A DNA stretch of 64,000 bases from the human T2T-CHM13v2.0 reference genome, Homo sapiens, in assembly GCF_009914755.1 (NCBI RefSeq), contig NC_060934.1; one strand, 5' to 3'. Of the stretch, positions 31,145-45,092 are shown piece by piece. Made by a program: the position numbers and the translations under genes. Under the pieces are notes generated by a model. That model made no database searches, was not told where the DNA came from, and was given only the letters and a program-made list of their open reading frames with translations. The stretch's first letter is position 1. Each line of letters starts with the position of its first letter.

Positions 31145-31884
31145 CTGGATTTCAATAAAAACAGCAGAGTGAGGTGTGACTGTACTCAGCGGAGTCAGCA
31201 GACTCTAACAAATCATGCCCTCCATCCCCACAGCAAAGCCAGAGCTACCCACGGGACTGGGCATGGCGGCGCCTCAGAGCCCACAGACAGGAGGGCCAGG
31301 ACTGAGGAGGAAGCTCTCCCACCGCCAGGGAGACCCCTCCTGGCTAGACGCCGCCACGGTCCCTTTCACAGCACAAAGGTCCACTGACAGGCAGGGAGAG
31401 ACACAAACTCAGCCACAGGTGGCAACTGAATTCCTGGGAGTCAGGATTAGAGCAACAGGGCCCAAGACATAGACTCAAGTTATGACCTTTTAATGTAATA
31501 AATATACAGAATGAGCTGTATAAGCTCTTAAGAAAATTTAAAAGTATATTTGTTATTAAAGTAATTGTTAAAATAAATCTTAGATAATAATTTAACAATA
31601 TAATTCAGGTAACCAGGACATACCATGAACGTCCAGCTTTGCTCATTCCAGATTACTCTCTGGAAACTTACTCCATTGGATGCCAAGTGTTTTAACAGAT
31701 TATGTTCGACTATGAATCACAATTACTTGGTGAATAACAAAAAACATTAATGCGGTCAGATAAAAACGGTTTAATGGTATTGGTCAAAACATTGATGTGA
31801 ATCCACCTGTCACATATTGATTACATTCAGGCAATAACAGGGTGGCAAGGAACACAACTAGACAAAACTAAGCCCCCAAAGGAA

Positions 31885-32292
31885 GGACATCATCATCACA
31901 GTTCCACGAAGAACTACTCTGACACCACGGGAACAATATCACCCCACAGTTCCATGAACAGCTCTGATACCACAGAAAGGACATCATCCTATGTCATCCC
32001 CACAGTTCCGTGAACGGCTCTGATACCACAGAAAGGACGTCATCCTATGTCATCCCCACAGTTCTGTGAACGGCTCTGATATCACAGAAAGGACGTCACC
32101 CCCACAGCTCCGTGAACGGCTCTGATACCACAGGAAGGACGTCATCCTATGTCATCCCCACAGTTCTGTGAACGGCTCTGATACCACAGAAAGGACGTCA
32201 TCCTACGCCGTCCCCACAGCTCCGTGAACGGCTCTGATACCACAGGAAGGACGTCATCCTACGTCGTCCCCACAGTTCCATGAAGAACTGCT
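31885..32292. repeat. Minisatellite, ~46-56-bp unit x ~7
   Basis: ccccacagttccgtgaacggctctgataccacagaaaggacgtcatcctatgtcat repeated. Confidence 0.9.
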
Positions 32293-35200
32293 CTAAGAGT
32301 GAGCACCAATCACTAATAGATGCTTCTTCAGAAATGGATCAGTAATATCTGATTGAAAGTAAACCAGAAATAAAAGTTTTAAGTTAACAAAAGAAATATT
32401 TAGTCCCTGGTTTTCCATGATGGGCTCTTATGAGAGTTGTAGAGTCTGTGGACTTCATATTCCTTACTCTGGTGGTTTCTGAACGTCAGCTTTTGATGGT
32501 GCGTGTGTGGGTCTCATGTATCAGGCTGGCGAATTCAGAACTAAGTTAAGCATGGCTCCTACACCGTCATTTTGCTAAGTTTCATGTGCTTTTCTTTCAG
32601 GGCATCCAAATCACCATCAGTTCCTGAGGACTGAACTGTCTGCTGCTCCAACCTCTTCCAGTCATCATCTACAACTGATCTTTTAAAAATGATCTTCAAT
32701 TACCTTTTTATCAAACAGATGCATTTTAGGAAATCAAAGAGTATTATCAAGTCTCACATGAAAAACAGTAGCTACCTGGCACTTACATTCATAAACATGG
32801 ACTTACCACATGACTTCCCGAATTGTCCTTTTTAGACACCACCCCTCACGCCACTGTGGTCATCAACATCAGCGTCCGCAGTGTGCTACAAATACCGTTC
32901 TATCTTACGCTTTTCAATGATTCTGGAGTTAATATTTTATCTATTTTCCACTATCTTGGCTTACAATGTACCTATTGCCAATCCTTTCACAATTCTCCAG
33001 CAGAACTGAAAAACTCTTTCCCGTACCTTCTTGCCCACGATCAAACACTGACAACCTGGTGAGAATCTGTTCAATTTTCCTGGAAGTCCTCTTGGAGCCC
33101 CCGCCCCAGTCCCAAACGTGCTACCGTCACTGGGCCACGCCTTTCTTCCCGCTGGCTGTGGCTGCTCACTGTGTTGGTCACTTGTTCTCATGCTCTTCGA
33201 TGCCCCCTCGTCTCTCCACACTCCCGTGCTAAAGGAGCACCTTGAATGTTTCAGAAAGGAAGAACCAGAAGGAACACTTGGGGGCCCCACACATCCGAAA
33301 GTGCTTCTCTTTCTACCCCAGTGAGACCGAGTCTTTCGCCTAGATACGGACTTCTGGGTGAAAATTACTTTTATTCATTGCCTTTCATTTCCATTATTGG
33401 TGAGAAGTTAAACTTCACTCTGATGCTATAATCCTTATGTAATACCCATTCCTTTCTCTTCTCCTTCAATAATCTTTTATTCATTCCCACTGGAGGAGCT
33501 GCAAGCCAGGTTGTAATATCCATTCCTTTCTTTTCTCCCTCGATAATCTTTTTGCTGCAAATCAGGTTTTTCTTCTCACGGGGGCACACCACCAAATCTC
33601 TCCCCAAGGAAGGCTTCAACGGGGCTGTTTCGTTTGCCCGAAGAGCCCTCTCCTCTCCTGTTTCCAACACAGGCATGTTCACCCTCTAACCTGGAGCCTC
33701 TGTTGTCAGTATCATCCCCAAATCTGGAGCCTCCCAGTTTAATTTCTCCAGATAACACACATGGCTGGGAGGAGGAGGAAAAGCGGCCGCCTGCTTCCTG
33801 GACACCGTTCTCTGGGCTCCATGTGTACAGCACCCATGGCTGTCCGCCGTGTCTGCATCTTGGCTTTCTCCATTTTGCTAAATGATGAACCACAAATTTC
33901 TCTAACTTCTCTTGTGCTGTGGACTTATATAGTCACTGACAGCACAGTTGGGAGAAACAGATAAAGGCACACTTCCAAGTTGCCAAGCGTATCCAGTGGC
34001 CTGACGTTTTTAATGTTTCACCTTCAATCTCAGTACCACACCTATCTGGTCCACTCAAACAGGCTTCCTGTGATTACCTCCAACCCTAATCTCCTCTTGG
34101 TGCCCATGGACGATGGTGCACGGAGTTCCAGGCTGCTGCTTGGCTTCTCACAGACCTTACATGTCTGATCTCAGAAAGCTACTTTTGCATACCATCCTCG
34201 TGAATATCTCCTAAGTGGAAATGTAAAGTTTGCAACAAAAGTCTGAAAACAAATGAATAAAATAGAAGAACTAGCTTCTACAGGTTGCAATAAGACGGCA
34301 AAAGAAACGAGTATGAATGTACATGTTTCCTTCATTCATTTTCCTTTGATGTCATTCCAAACGAGGCTGCAAGTGGCTTAATGATATGTTCCTGGAAGAA
34401 AAAAGCCACAAATAGGCGTCGCTCAACTGGATTCCAGCCTGTGACCGCACAGGGCCCAGGGGCAGCAGAGGGGCATACCCACTGTCCCCGTCACAGGGAA
34501 ACCAAGCATGGCTGCTGGAACAGATACCTCTGGGTAGCACAAACATGAACAATCACTAAGACGCATGACTGCAGCATACCGCTCTGCGCTGCTGAGGGCT
34601 CACGTTCACAGTCACGTTCAGTTTGGGGAACTGTGATTGAAAACCAGCTCTCAGGAGCATCACAGGAAGACTAGAAGCCTTATGACAGAAGGCGTGGTCA
34701 GGGGAGAGAGGCCGGCATGGTCCCTGGGAAGGAGGTATCCCCAGGGAGATGGGGTGGCTGCCTTCACACACTCAAGAGTCTGGAGAACAAAGAGCAAGGT
34801 CTCTTGAGGCAAGAAAACGGCCGAGATGGAGATGAGGTTCTCCTCCCAGGAGCACCTGCTCAGCTATCATGCATTGGCCACGTGAGGCACCAGCTCAGAT
34901 CCGGTCCTCCGGGGACGGGAGATCCCATGCCTGCGGTCGTGGCCCCAATCCGTCTGGCTCCTGTCATTCTGTGGGATCCTAGGCAAGTTTGTGAACTTTC
35001 CTAGGCTCAGCCTCCTGCCTCTGGACAGAAGCAGCAGTAGCTAACACTGCAGCCCTGGCCTAAGCATTTGATACGTCACTCATTCCTCAGCACAAAAAGC
35101 ACCAAGCCAGGACTATTACTTCTGCTGTTTTCTTGACAAGGAAATACAGGTGCAGAAGTGATCCATGAGTGCGAGCGGCCCGGTGTCACCCTTGTGCGGT

Positions 35201-35819
35201 GTCTGAACATTCTCCCGTGACTGCCTTTTCATTTGCAATGGGGGCCCCTCTCCCAGGCCCCTCCACACCCTCTCCTGAGAGCAGAGGCTGTCATTCTCCT
35301 GGTACCTGCAGTGGTGTCCAGAGCCTCAATCTCTGTTACAAGAACAAAATCTGGCTTGTTTTGAAAACAGGAAGAAGCATTTTTGGAATCCCATTATGAA
35401 AATTAAGAAAACACGGAAACTGCTAAAATTTCAGATCCAAGAATGAATCTTGGAGCAAGGAAAAGCTATCAAGGTCGCCCGAAAGGGGCATCTGTTGGGA
35501 TCCTGGAGAAGCAGGCAGGAGGTGACCTTGCTCTCGGTGGAGCTGGCCACAGGATGGGCTCGGGAAATAATTCTGAACCCTCAGGGCTCCCACAGAGGGC
35601 TGGAACATTTCCATTTAAATCCAAAACGTCAGTGACATTTTTACTTTCCTCTAGAATTACAGCAAGACCACAAATAAAACTTGAGCACAGACAGCAGGAG
35701 ATACAAGGTACACAGAAGGAAAAGAAGGCAGTGAGGCCAGCACAGGAAGAAGGAAAAGGTCAAAGAAACAGGCTTAGCAAAGTCAGCAAAGAATAGACAA
35801 ATGGATGGAAACACACACA

Positions 35820-38800
35820 GGAAGAATGGAGGAACGAATGGAGAAAAGAATGGATGGATAGGAGGTAGAGAAGGAAGGGAAGGAAGAGACGGGAGGAAGG
35901 TGGATGGATAGGAGAGAGGAGAGGGAGGGGGAGGGAGGGGAGGAAGGGGGAGGGAGGGGAGGAAGGGGGAGGGAGGGGGAGGGAGGGGAGGAAGGGGGAG
36001 AGAGGGGAGGAAGGGGGAGGGAGGGGGAGGGGGAGGGAGGGGGAGGGAGGGGGAGAGGGGAGGAAGGGGAGGGGAAGTGGATAGATGGCAGGTGGGGGAG
36101 AGAGAGGAGAAAGGTGGATAAAGGGAGGGGGAGAGGAAGGAGGGGGCACAGGGGGAGGAAGGGGCACGGGGGAAGGTGGGGGGGTGGGGGGAGGAAGGTG
36201 GATGGGGGGAGGCAGGGGGAGGAAGGTGGATGGGGGGAGGCGGGAGGTGGGGAGGAAGGTGGATGGGTGGGAGGAAGAGAAGAAAAATAGATGAACAGGA
36301 AGTGGTGAATAGATAGGAGGAAAGCGGAGGAAAGGAAAGAATAAAGGAGAGAGAAGAAAGAGAAGGAAAGAAAGAACGAGAAAGAAAAGGAGAGAGAAGA
36401 AAAAGGAAAAGAAGGAGAGAGAAAGAAGGGAAGGAAGGAAAGAGAAGGAAAACAAGAGAGAAGGAGAAGGGAGAAAGAAAAAAGGAGAAGTGAAGGAAGC
36501 AGAGAGAAGAAAACGAGAGAGAAGAAAAGGAAAAGAGAGGGAAAGAAAAGACAGGAAAAGAGAGGGAAAGAAGGAAGGAAAAGAAGGAAAGAAAAGAGAA
36601 GGAAGGGAACAGAAAGTAGAAGAGAAGATAGAAGAGGAAAAAAGAGAGGAGGGGAGGGGAGGGGAGGGGAGGGGAAAAGGAGAGAGGGGAAGGGAGGGGA
36701 GGGGAGGGGAAAAGAAGAGAGGGGAAGGGAGGGGAAGAGAGGGGAAGGGAGGGGAAAAGAAGAGAGGGGAAGGGAAGGGAGGGGAAAAGAAGAGAGGGGA
36801 AGGGAGGGGAGGGGAAAAGAAGAGAGGGGAAGGGAGGGGAGGGGAGGGGAAAAGAAGAGAGGGGAAGGGAGGGGAGAGGAGGGGAGGGGAAGGGAAAAGA
36901 AGAGGGGAAGGGAGAGGAGGGGAGGGGAAAAGAAGAGAGGAAGGGAGGGGAGGGGAGGGGAGGGGAGGAGAGAAGAAGGGAGGGGAAGGGAGAGGGAAGA
37001 GAGAAGAAGGAAGAGAGAAGAAGGGAGAGAGAAGAAAGGAGGGGAAGGGAGAGGGAAGAGAGAAGAAGGGAGGGAAAGGGAGGGGAAGGGAGGAGAAGGG
37101 AAGGGAGGAGAGAAGAAGGGAGGGGAAGGGAGGGGAAGGGAGGGGAAGGAAGGGGAAGGGAGGGGAAGGGAAGGGAGGAGAGAAGAAGGGAGGGGAAGGG
37201 AGGGGAAGGGAGGGGAGGAGAGAAGAAGAGAGGGGAAGGGAGGGGAGGAGAGAAGGAGGGAGGAAAGGAGGGAGGAGAGGAGGGGAGGAGGGAGGAGAGG
37301 AGGGGAGGAGGGAGGGGAGGGGAGGAGGGAGGGGAGGAGGGAGGGGAGGGGAGGGGAGGAGGGAGGGGAGGAGGGAGGGGAGGGGAGGGGAGGGGAGGGG
37401 AGGGGAGGGGAGGAGGGAGGGGAGGGGAGGGGAGGAGGGAGGGGAGGGGAGGAGGGAGAAGGGAGGGGAGGGGAGGGGAGAAGGGAGGGGAGGGGAGGGG
37501 AGGGGAGGGGAGAAGAGGGGAGGGGAGGGGAGAAGAGGGGAGGGGAGGGGAGAAGAGGGGAGGGGAGGGGAGAAGAGGGGAGGGGAGAAGAGGGGAGGGG
37601 AGAAGAGGGGAGGGGAGAAGAGGGGAGGGGAGAAGAGGGGAGGGGAGAAGAGGGGAGGGGAGGGGAGGGGAGGGGAGAAGAGGGGAGGGGAGAAGAGGGG
37701 AGGGGAGGGGAGGAGAAGGGAGGGGAGGGGAGGAGAAGGGAGGGGAGGGGAGGAGAAGGGAGGGGAGGGGAGGAGAAGGGAGGGGAGGGGAGGAGAAGGG
37801 AGGGGAGGAGAAGGGAGGGGAGGAGAAGGGAGGGGAGGGGAGGAGAAGGGAGGGGAGGGGAGGAGAAGGGAGGGGAGGGGAGGAGAAGGGAGGGGAGGGG
37901 AGGAGAAGGGAGGGGAGGGGAGGAGAAGGGAGGGGAGGGGAGGAGAAGGGAGGGGAGGGGAGGAGAGGGGAGAAGAGGGGAGGGGAGGGGAGGGGAGAAG
38001 GGAGGGGAGGGGAGGGGAGAAAAGGGGAGGGGAGGGGAGAAGAGGGGAGGGGAGGGGAGAAGGGAGGGGAGGAGGGGAGAAGGGAGGGGAGGAGGGGAGA
38101 AGGGAGGGGAGGAGGGGAGAAGGGAGGGGAGGAGGGGAGAAGGGAGGGGAGGGGGGAGAAGGGAGGGGAGGGGAGGAGAGGGGAGAAGAGGGGAGGGGAG
38201 GGGAGAAGGGAGGGGAGGGGAGAAGAAGGGAGGGGAGGGGAGGGGAGAAGAAGGGAGGGGAGGGGAGGGGAGAAGAAGGGAGGGGAGGGGAGAAGAAGGG
38301 AGGGGAGGGGAGAAGAAGGGAGGGGAGAAGAAGGGAGGGGAGAAGAAGGGAGGGGAGAAGAAGGGAGGGGAGAAGAAGGGAGGGGAGAAGAAGGGAGGGG
38401 AGAAGAAGGGAGGGGAGAAGAAGGGAGGGGAGAAGAAGGGAGGGGAGAAGAAGGGAGGGGAGAAGAAGGGAGGGGAGAAGAAGGGAGGGGAGGGGAGGGG
38501 AGGGGAGAAGAAGGGAGGGGAGAGGAGGGGAGGGGAGAAGAAGGGAGGGGAGGGGAGGGGAGGGGAGGGGAGAAGGGAGGGGAGGGGAGGGGAGGGGAGG
38601 GGAGGGGAGGGGAGGGGAGAAGGGAGGGGAGGGGAGGGGAGGGGAGAAGAAGGGAGGGGAGGGGAGGGGAGAAGAAGGGAGGGGAGGGGAGGGGAGGGGA
38701 GAAGAAGGGAGGGGAGGGGAGGGGAGGGGAGGGGAGGGGAGAAGAAGGGAGGGGAGGGGAGGGGAGGGGAGAAGAAGGGAGGGGAGAAGAAGGGAGGGGA

Positions 38801-39390
38801 GAAGAAGGGAGGGGAGAAGAAGGGAGGGGAGAAGAAGGGAGGGGAGAAGAAGGGAGGGGAGAAGAAGGGAGGGGAGAAGAAGGGAGGGGAGAAGAAGGGA
38901 GGGGAGAAGAAGGGAGGGGAGAAAAAGGGAGGAGAGGGGAGGGGAGGGGAGAAGAAGGGAGGGGAGGGGAGGGGAGGGGAGGGGAGAAGAAGGGAGGGGA
39001 GGGGAGGGGAGAAGAAGGGAGGGGAGGGGAGGGGAGGGGAGAAGAAGGGAGGGGAGGGGAGGGGAGAAGAAGGGAGGGGAGGGGAGGGGAGAAGAAGGGA
39101 GGGGAGGGGAGGGGAGGGAAGAAGAAGGGAGGGGAGGGGAGAAGAAGGGAGGGGAGGGGAGGGGAGAAGGGAGAAGAAGGGAAGGGAGGGGAGGGGAGGG
39201 GAGGGGAGGGGAGGGGAGGGGAGGGGAGGGGAGAGGAAGGGAGGGGAAGGGAGGGGAGAGGAGGAGAGAAGGAGAGGGGCGGGGCGGAGAGGGGCGGGGC
39301 GGAGAGGGGCGGGGCGGGGCGGGGCGGGGCAGGGAGGGGAGGGGCGAAGAGGGGAGGGGCAGACGGGGAGGGGAGGGGCAGACGGGGAGG
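35820..39390 (+). repeat. ~3.5-kb polypurine/polypyrimidine tract, (GGGGA)n-based with 15- and 20-bp higher-order units
   Basis: I see no C or T between ~36630 and 39279; ends in a GGGGCGGGGC cluster at ~39276-39330. Confidence 0.98.
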
Positions 39391-39828
39391 GCATGCTGGG
39401 GGTACAGACACACCCCAATTCCCATCTTTTTCTCACTCATCTCATGTCCGGGCATGCCGGGGGTGCAGATGCACCCAAATTCCCATCTTATTCTCACTCA
39501 TCCAGTGTCCAGGCATGCTGGGGGTGTAGACACATCCAAATTCCTGTCTTATTCCCACTCATCCCGTGTCCGGGCGTGCTGGGGCTGCAGACACATCCAA
39601 ATTCCCATCTTATTCTCAACTCATCCCGTGTCTGGGCATGCTAGGGGTGTAGACACATCCAAGTTCCCGTCTTATTCTCACTCATCTCGTGTCCGGGCGT
39701 GCTGGGGGTGTAGACACATCCAAATTCCCGTCTTATTCTCACTCATCGCGTGTCCAGGCGTGCAGATACATCCAAATTCCCATCTTATTCTCACTCATCG
39801 CGTGTCCGGGCGTGCTGGGGGTGCAGAT
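39390..39828. repeat. Minisatellite, ~61-bp unit x ~7
   Basis: ggcatgctgggggtgtagacacatccaaattcccatcttattctcactcatcccgtgtcc repeated. Confidence 0.93.
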
Positions 39829-40288
39829 AGCAACGTCTCTATGGCTCACCTTAGCTCCCAGAGAAGATAGGGGGAGGAAGAGAGGGGTAGGGAGGGAGGA
39901 GGAGAGGAGGGCCAAGAGGCTCTCCTGCCCTCCTTCCCCAGCACCCAGGGGCAAGCGCTCTGGGCTCCACAGAGGCCTCCACAGGAGTGTCCTGCAGGAG
40001 AAGCCTGCTCTGGGCCCTTAGTGAAACTGCCGGGGATTTTTCTGTATTTTCAGGTCTGTCCCAGAGCAGTTTCTAAATCCAGTCCCATTCTCTCCAGGTC
40101 TCAATTACATGCTCTTGTTCACATCGTAAAACTTTCTAAAATAAGTGCAATCAAGGACTTTGCCAGAAAGCAAACAGGACAACTGTTGTAAACACTGGTA
40201 AGAAATTTAATAATTTTCCTTGTATTCACTGGGATGGGAACATCATACAATGGTAAGACTGAAATTCCATTCTAAGCACCTGCCCTAA

Positions 40289-40617
<329 letters not shown>

Positions 40618-40784
40618 CCACACTGTCCTCCTTTCTATCCATCTTTCATGAGCCCAAATCTTTGCCACACATCAGTATATATTTGCTTAGCAACCCTTTT
40701 CCTATTATAATGTTTTAACTTGATTAGGGACTCATACACTGGAAATTGTCAGTGATCCAGGGACGGGAGAGTCTGACGTCTGCA

Positions 40785-41504
40785 TCTCATCCGCCAGCCT
40801 GAGCTCCAGTCGACGCTCACTGGATGAGGGTTCTCATCCGGCAGCCTGAGAGCCGGTTCACGCTCACTGGATGAGTGTCATCCGCCAGCCTGAGCTCCGG
40901 TCCATGCTCACTGGATGAGTCTCACCCGCCAGCCTGAGACCCGGTCCATGCTCACTGGATGAGTCTCACCCGCCAGCCTGAGCTCCAGTCGACGCTCACT
41001 GGATGAGGGTTCTCATCCGGCAGCCTGAGACCCGGTTCACGCTCACTGGATGAGTGTCATCCGCCAGCCTGAGCTCCGGTCCACGCTCACTGGATGAGTC
41101 TCACCCGCCAGCCTGAGCCCCGGTCCATACTCACTGGATGAGTCTCACCCGCCAGCCTGAGCCCCGGTCCATGCTCACTGGATGAGGGTCTCATCCACCA
41201 GCCTGAGCTCCGGTCCATGCTCACTGGATGAGGGTCTCATCCACCAGCCTGAGCTCCGGGGTCCATGCTCACTGGATAAGACTCATCCACCAGCCTGAGC
41301 TCCGGTCCATGCTCACTGGATGAGGGTCTCATCCACCAGCCTGAGCTCCGGTCCATGCTCACTGGATAAGACTCATCCACCAGCCTGAGCCCCAGTCCAC
41401 GCTCACTGGATGAGTCTCACCCGCCAGCCTGAGCCCTGGTCCATGCTCACTGGATGACGGTCTCATCTACCAGCCCGAGCTCCAGTCCACGCTCCTTGGA
41501 TGAG
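40785..41504. repeat. Minisatellite, 44-47-bp unit x ~16, with self-complementary ends
   Basis: ctcatccgccagcctgagctccggtccatgctcactggatgag repeated. Confidence 0.95.
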
Positions 41505-44500
41505 ATGCCAATCTCACCATCAGGACCGGGCCTTCACGTTTCTGCACTTTGCTTACACCTCGGATTTTTCACAAAACCCACGTGAGCAGTTCCAAAGTGG
41601 GTGCTACCCTCCCCACTGGAGACACACCGCATGGCGTAGGCTCAGCTGCACTCCCTCCATAGCGGCTGGCGCCTAAGACGAGGAATGCGATTCATTAAAT
41701 GTTGCTGAAAAGACCAGGAAATAAACGTACGGGATCAAACTGACAGCTCCCTGTGGCAGAACACGTCTCCGGCAGCTAAGCGTGGTACCCTGTGAAGTGC
41801 CGACGGGAGCACGGCTAATCTGGAACACAGGTGATTCACCTGTCACTACAGCAACGCGGTCTAGAAAGATTCACGCTATGTCACAGGCAATGCCATCTGG
41901 ACACCCACGTTTCCCCTCCTCTGGGATTTAAGTTTAAAACACCCTTACCCTGTGAGCTGCCACATGGCCTGAGACCCTAAGTGGAGGCAACCTGCCCGGG
42001 ACAGGTCCCCGGGACCCTCCAGCCCAGGTGAGGAGGCGGTCCCTCCCCAGCACGTCTAGGAAGCGCTGCCTTGGGGTCACCAGACTGTAACTCTCATGGC
42101 ACAACAAGAATACGGACCCACTGCGCACCTGCCCCGGGAAAGCACAGCCTCTGCTGACACGAGGAATCAGAACAACCAACGGCCAGCCCAGGTGAACAGG
42201 CCAGGGCCAGCCAGCCACGTCTTCTAAAGACGACAGAACAAAATGGCATTTACGTACTTAAGAAACTTTCTCATTCCGTATGTAACCAAAGTGCAAAATT
42301 CACAAATGCCAACTGCAGGGACCTCCTCCCTCACAACTGTCAAAGCCCAGTGGGAGAATCTGCAACGGGACCTCAGAGGAAGTCCTCTCCGTGGCGACAG
42401 GGCAAGGCAGCCACTGCAAGCAACAGCACTCAGGCCAGAGCAGCTGTTCTCATGAGAACATGTGATCCAGTCACAGGATCAAACACTGGGATGGGAGCCA
42501 AGTTCTGAAAAGATAATAAAATTCCACTGATTGGATGGTGCTGAGGTACATGTTACCCTCTGTCATTTCAGTCATTAATTAGCCCTTACATGTTACCATC
42601 TGCCATTTAAATTTACCCAAATCAAGAATAAAAATAAAACTGCAGCCCAGATAGACACCTGAGGCAGTGGAAGGTCTCCGGTGCCTGTTCAGGGCTTCAC
42701 GTGGATCTGAGCATCATGCGGACACGGTGGCGTCTGCCCTCAGGGACACTGCACATCCATCCTCGTACCACGGTAGGGACGGTCACTCAGTGGGGCGGGG
42801 GGAAGTGAGGGCTGCCCCGGCCCACCCCCACAGGCAGACTCAGCCCCTCCGTGCCGCACCCACACATCCATACAGCAAATACCTGCCCAATGTCCACTTT
42901 CCGTGAGCAGGCAGCCGGGGCCTCAGGTGATTTACATACTGCTGCTGGGGGTTGGGGTGGAGACTTAGCGTTTAGTAACCACAACCCAACTATGACAGTG
43001 GTATTTCAGAGACAGGACGACATGGAGATGGGAATCCGGATGGTCTGACTGAAGGATCAGGGGAGAAATCCCTCAGGACAGAGCATCCAAACTGAGCTTT
43101 AAATGCCACCTGGACACGGCCAAGTGCACGGCCTGAGCAGAGTTCCTCATGTGGATGCAGCGGCATGGCTGTCGGGAGGGACAGCGGCGTGGCCATCGGG
43201 AGCCCTGGTAGCAGGGAGGAACTGAGACAAGTCCGTATTTGTGATTTGACTCAACAGTTGGACAGCACAGTGCAAGCCTGCAGGCCAGAGGCCTCCGGTG
43301 CAGACAGTGTAGAGCTTAACTCACACTGACCATGGGAGGCCTCTTCCTGGAGAGGCTGCTCACGCGACCCCATGATGGAAAAAGTGTGGGGCTTAACTCA
43401 CACTGACCACGGATACCTCTTCCCTGGAGAGGCCGCTCACGTGACCTCATGGAGAGAGGCTGTGCCGCACAGACAAACCCCCTTACAGAGTCCTTGTAAC
43501 TTGCACCTGGGCATCAAGCTGTCCGGCTATTGAAGGAAAAGCAAGCTGGGCTTGGAGAGGAATACCAGATCTTCATAAATCACTCAATACCAAGAAACAT
43601 TTCACAGACAAACACATAAGAAGTTGCTGTGAGAAAGAGGAGCTGTATCTGAGCAAAGAAGGTTCCACCATTTATAGCCACACTGAAATTTTACTCTCTA
43701 AATCTCCACGGCCTGTGTCATACAAGCAGTGAGGCCTTGTTATCCAAGTCGACACTGTTATTAAGATCTCTCTGAAGAGGCTGCCAGGCAGTGGATTTTA
43801 TTTCCTAGGTTTACAACTTTGACTGGGCTTAGAGACTGATGAGGGATGGGTTTGAACCGCAGAAGGGTGAGAGCGAAGTGGGCAGCTTCCCTAAGCAGCG
43901 TCTTCTCCCTGAAGATGATCTTCCAGGCACCCTCTCTGACCCTTCTTTCACTGCATGTATAACTCACATTTCTTCCTGGCTCCGGACAGTCTTTTCCTCA
44001 ACTAGATTTAGGCAGGTGCTCAGCACCAACGCTCACTTCTGAATCCCGACTGGAGGCCCCGACAGACGCTGCCCTCCTGAGCAGCTGGGACGTGCCTGGC
44101 TGGCCTAGGGAACAGAACCCCCATTGTAGCTCGTAATTCTGCATCCCAAACAACATCCTAGAAACACTTTTAGAATAGTTTCTGGAGAAATAGGAGTGTA
44201 AATGTTAGGAAAAAAGGGTGGAAGTTAATCAGAACACAAACCCCTTACAGGCAAGTGCGCAGCAGCACAGGGGAACAAGAAAGAAAGATGTTTTCCACGA
44301 AGATCCTGCACAAAGGAAGTCACGTCCCATGGGGCCAACCAAGAAAGCAGCCTCGGCTTTGGAAACGTCTGCGTTCCTTGCTGCTTCCCAGGACAGCTGC
44401 ACATGGTGCACACTTGCGTGTCACAAGCAACGTCTCCAAATGAAGGTCGGCAGGGAAACAGCCTCGCTGGGGCCCTAGCACCGCTGTCCGGAGTCCCCCC

Positions 44501-44806
44501 ATCCTGAGTCTGGTGTCTGGGCCTCAATCAGGCGGCCCGGGCCGTCCTTCTCCTGTTTTCCTCACGTTTCCGGCAGATAAATTCTGAAATGGACCTCGTG
44601 GCTAAAACCCAGCCCTGTCGCCTTCTCATCAGCTCTGCCCCTTGCTCCTGAGAGGGTGCGAGGGAATCAGCCCAGAGAGGGCTCCTGAGAGGGCCCAGAG
44701 AGGAGGAACGCAGTGGAGGCCAGGAGGCGAGGCGGGGTGTCCTCTTCTGAGACCCCAGTGGCCAACTGTAATAATAAAGTTTGCCTCTATGACTTCATTT
44801 TACCAA

Positions 44807-45092
44807 TTTTTTTTTTTTGAGACAGGGTCTCGCTCTGTCCCCCAGGCTGGAACACAGTGCCACAATCATAGCTCACTGCAGCCTTGACTTCTTGGATTCA
44901 AGCAATCCTCCTGCTTCAGCCTCCCATATAGCTGGGATCACAGGCACCCACCATCATGCCTAATTTTTTCTTTTGTAGAGACGGGGACTCCCTTTGTTGC
45001 CCAGGCTGGTCTGAAACACCTGGACCTAAGCAATCCCCTTCCTCAGCCTCCCCAAGTGCTGGGATCACAGGCGTGAGCCACCACCCCCGGCC
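44807..45092 (-). mobile_element. AluJ-like
   Basis: (T)n gagacagggtctcgctctgtc...gtgagccaccacccccggcc. Confidence 0.9.

Noticed and set aside
39276-39330. GC-box cluster as an internal promoter
   Set aside because: Explained as GGGGA-to-GGGGC variants at the edge of the purine tract; no CpG island follows.
35641-39870. Four ORFs of 1100-1250 aa (Pro/Ser/Leu-rich or Gly/Arg/Glu-rich)
   Set aside because: A pure purine or pure pyrimidine strand cannot contain stop codons; several frames are open at once, so these are artefacts.
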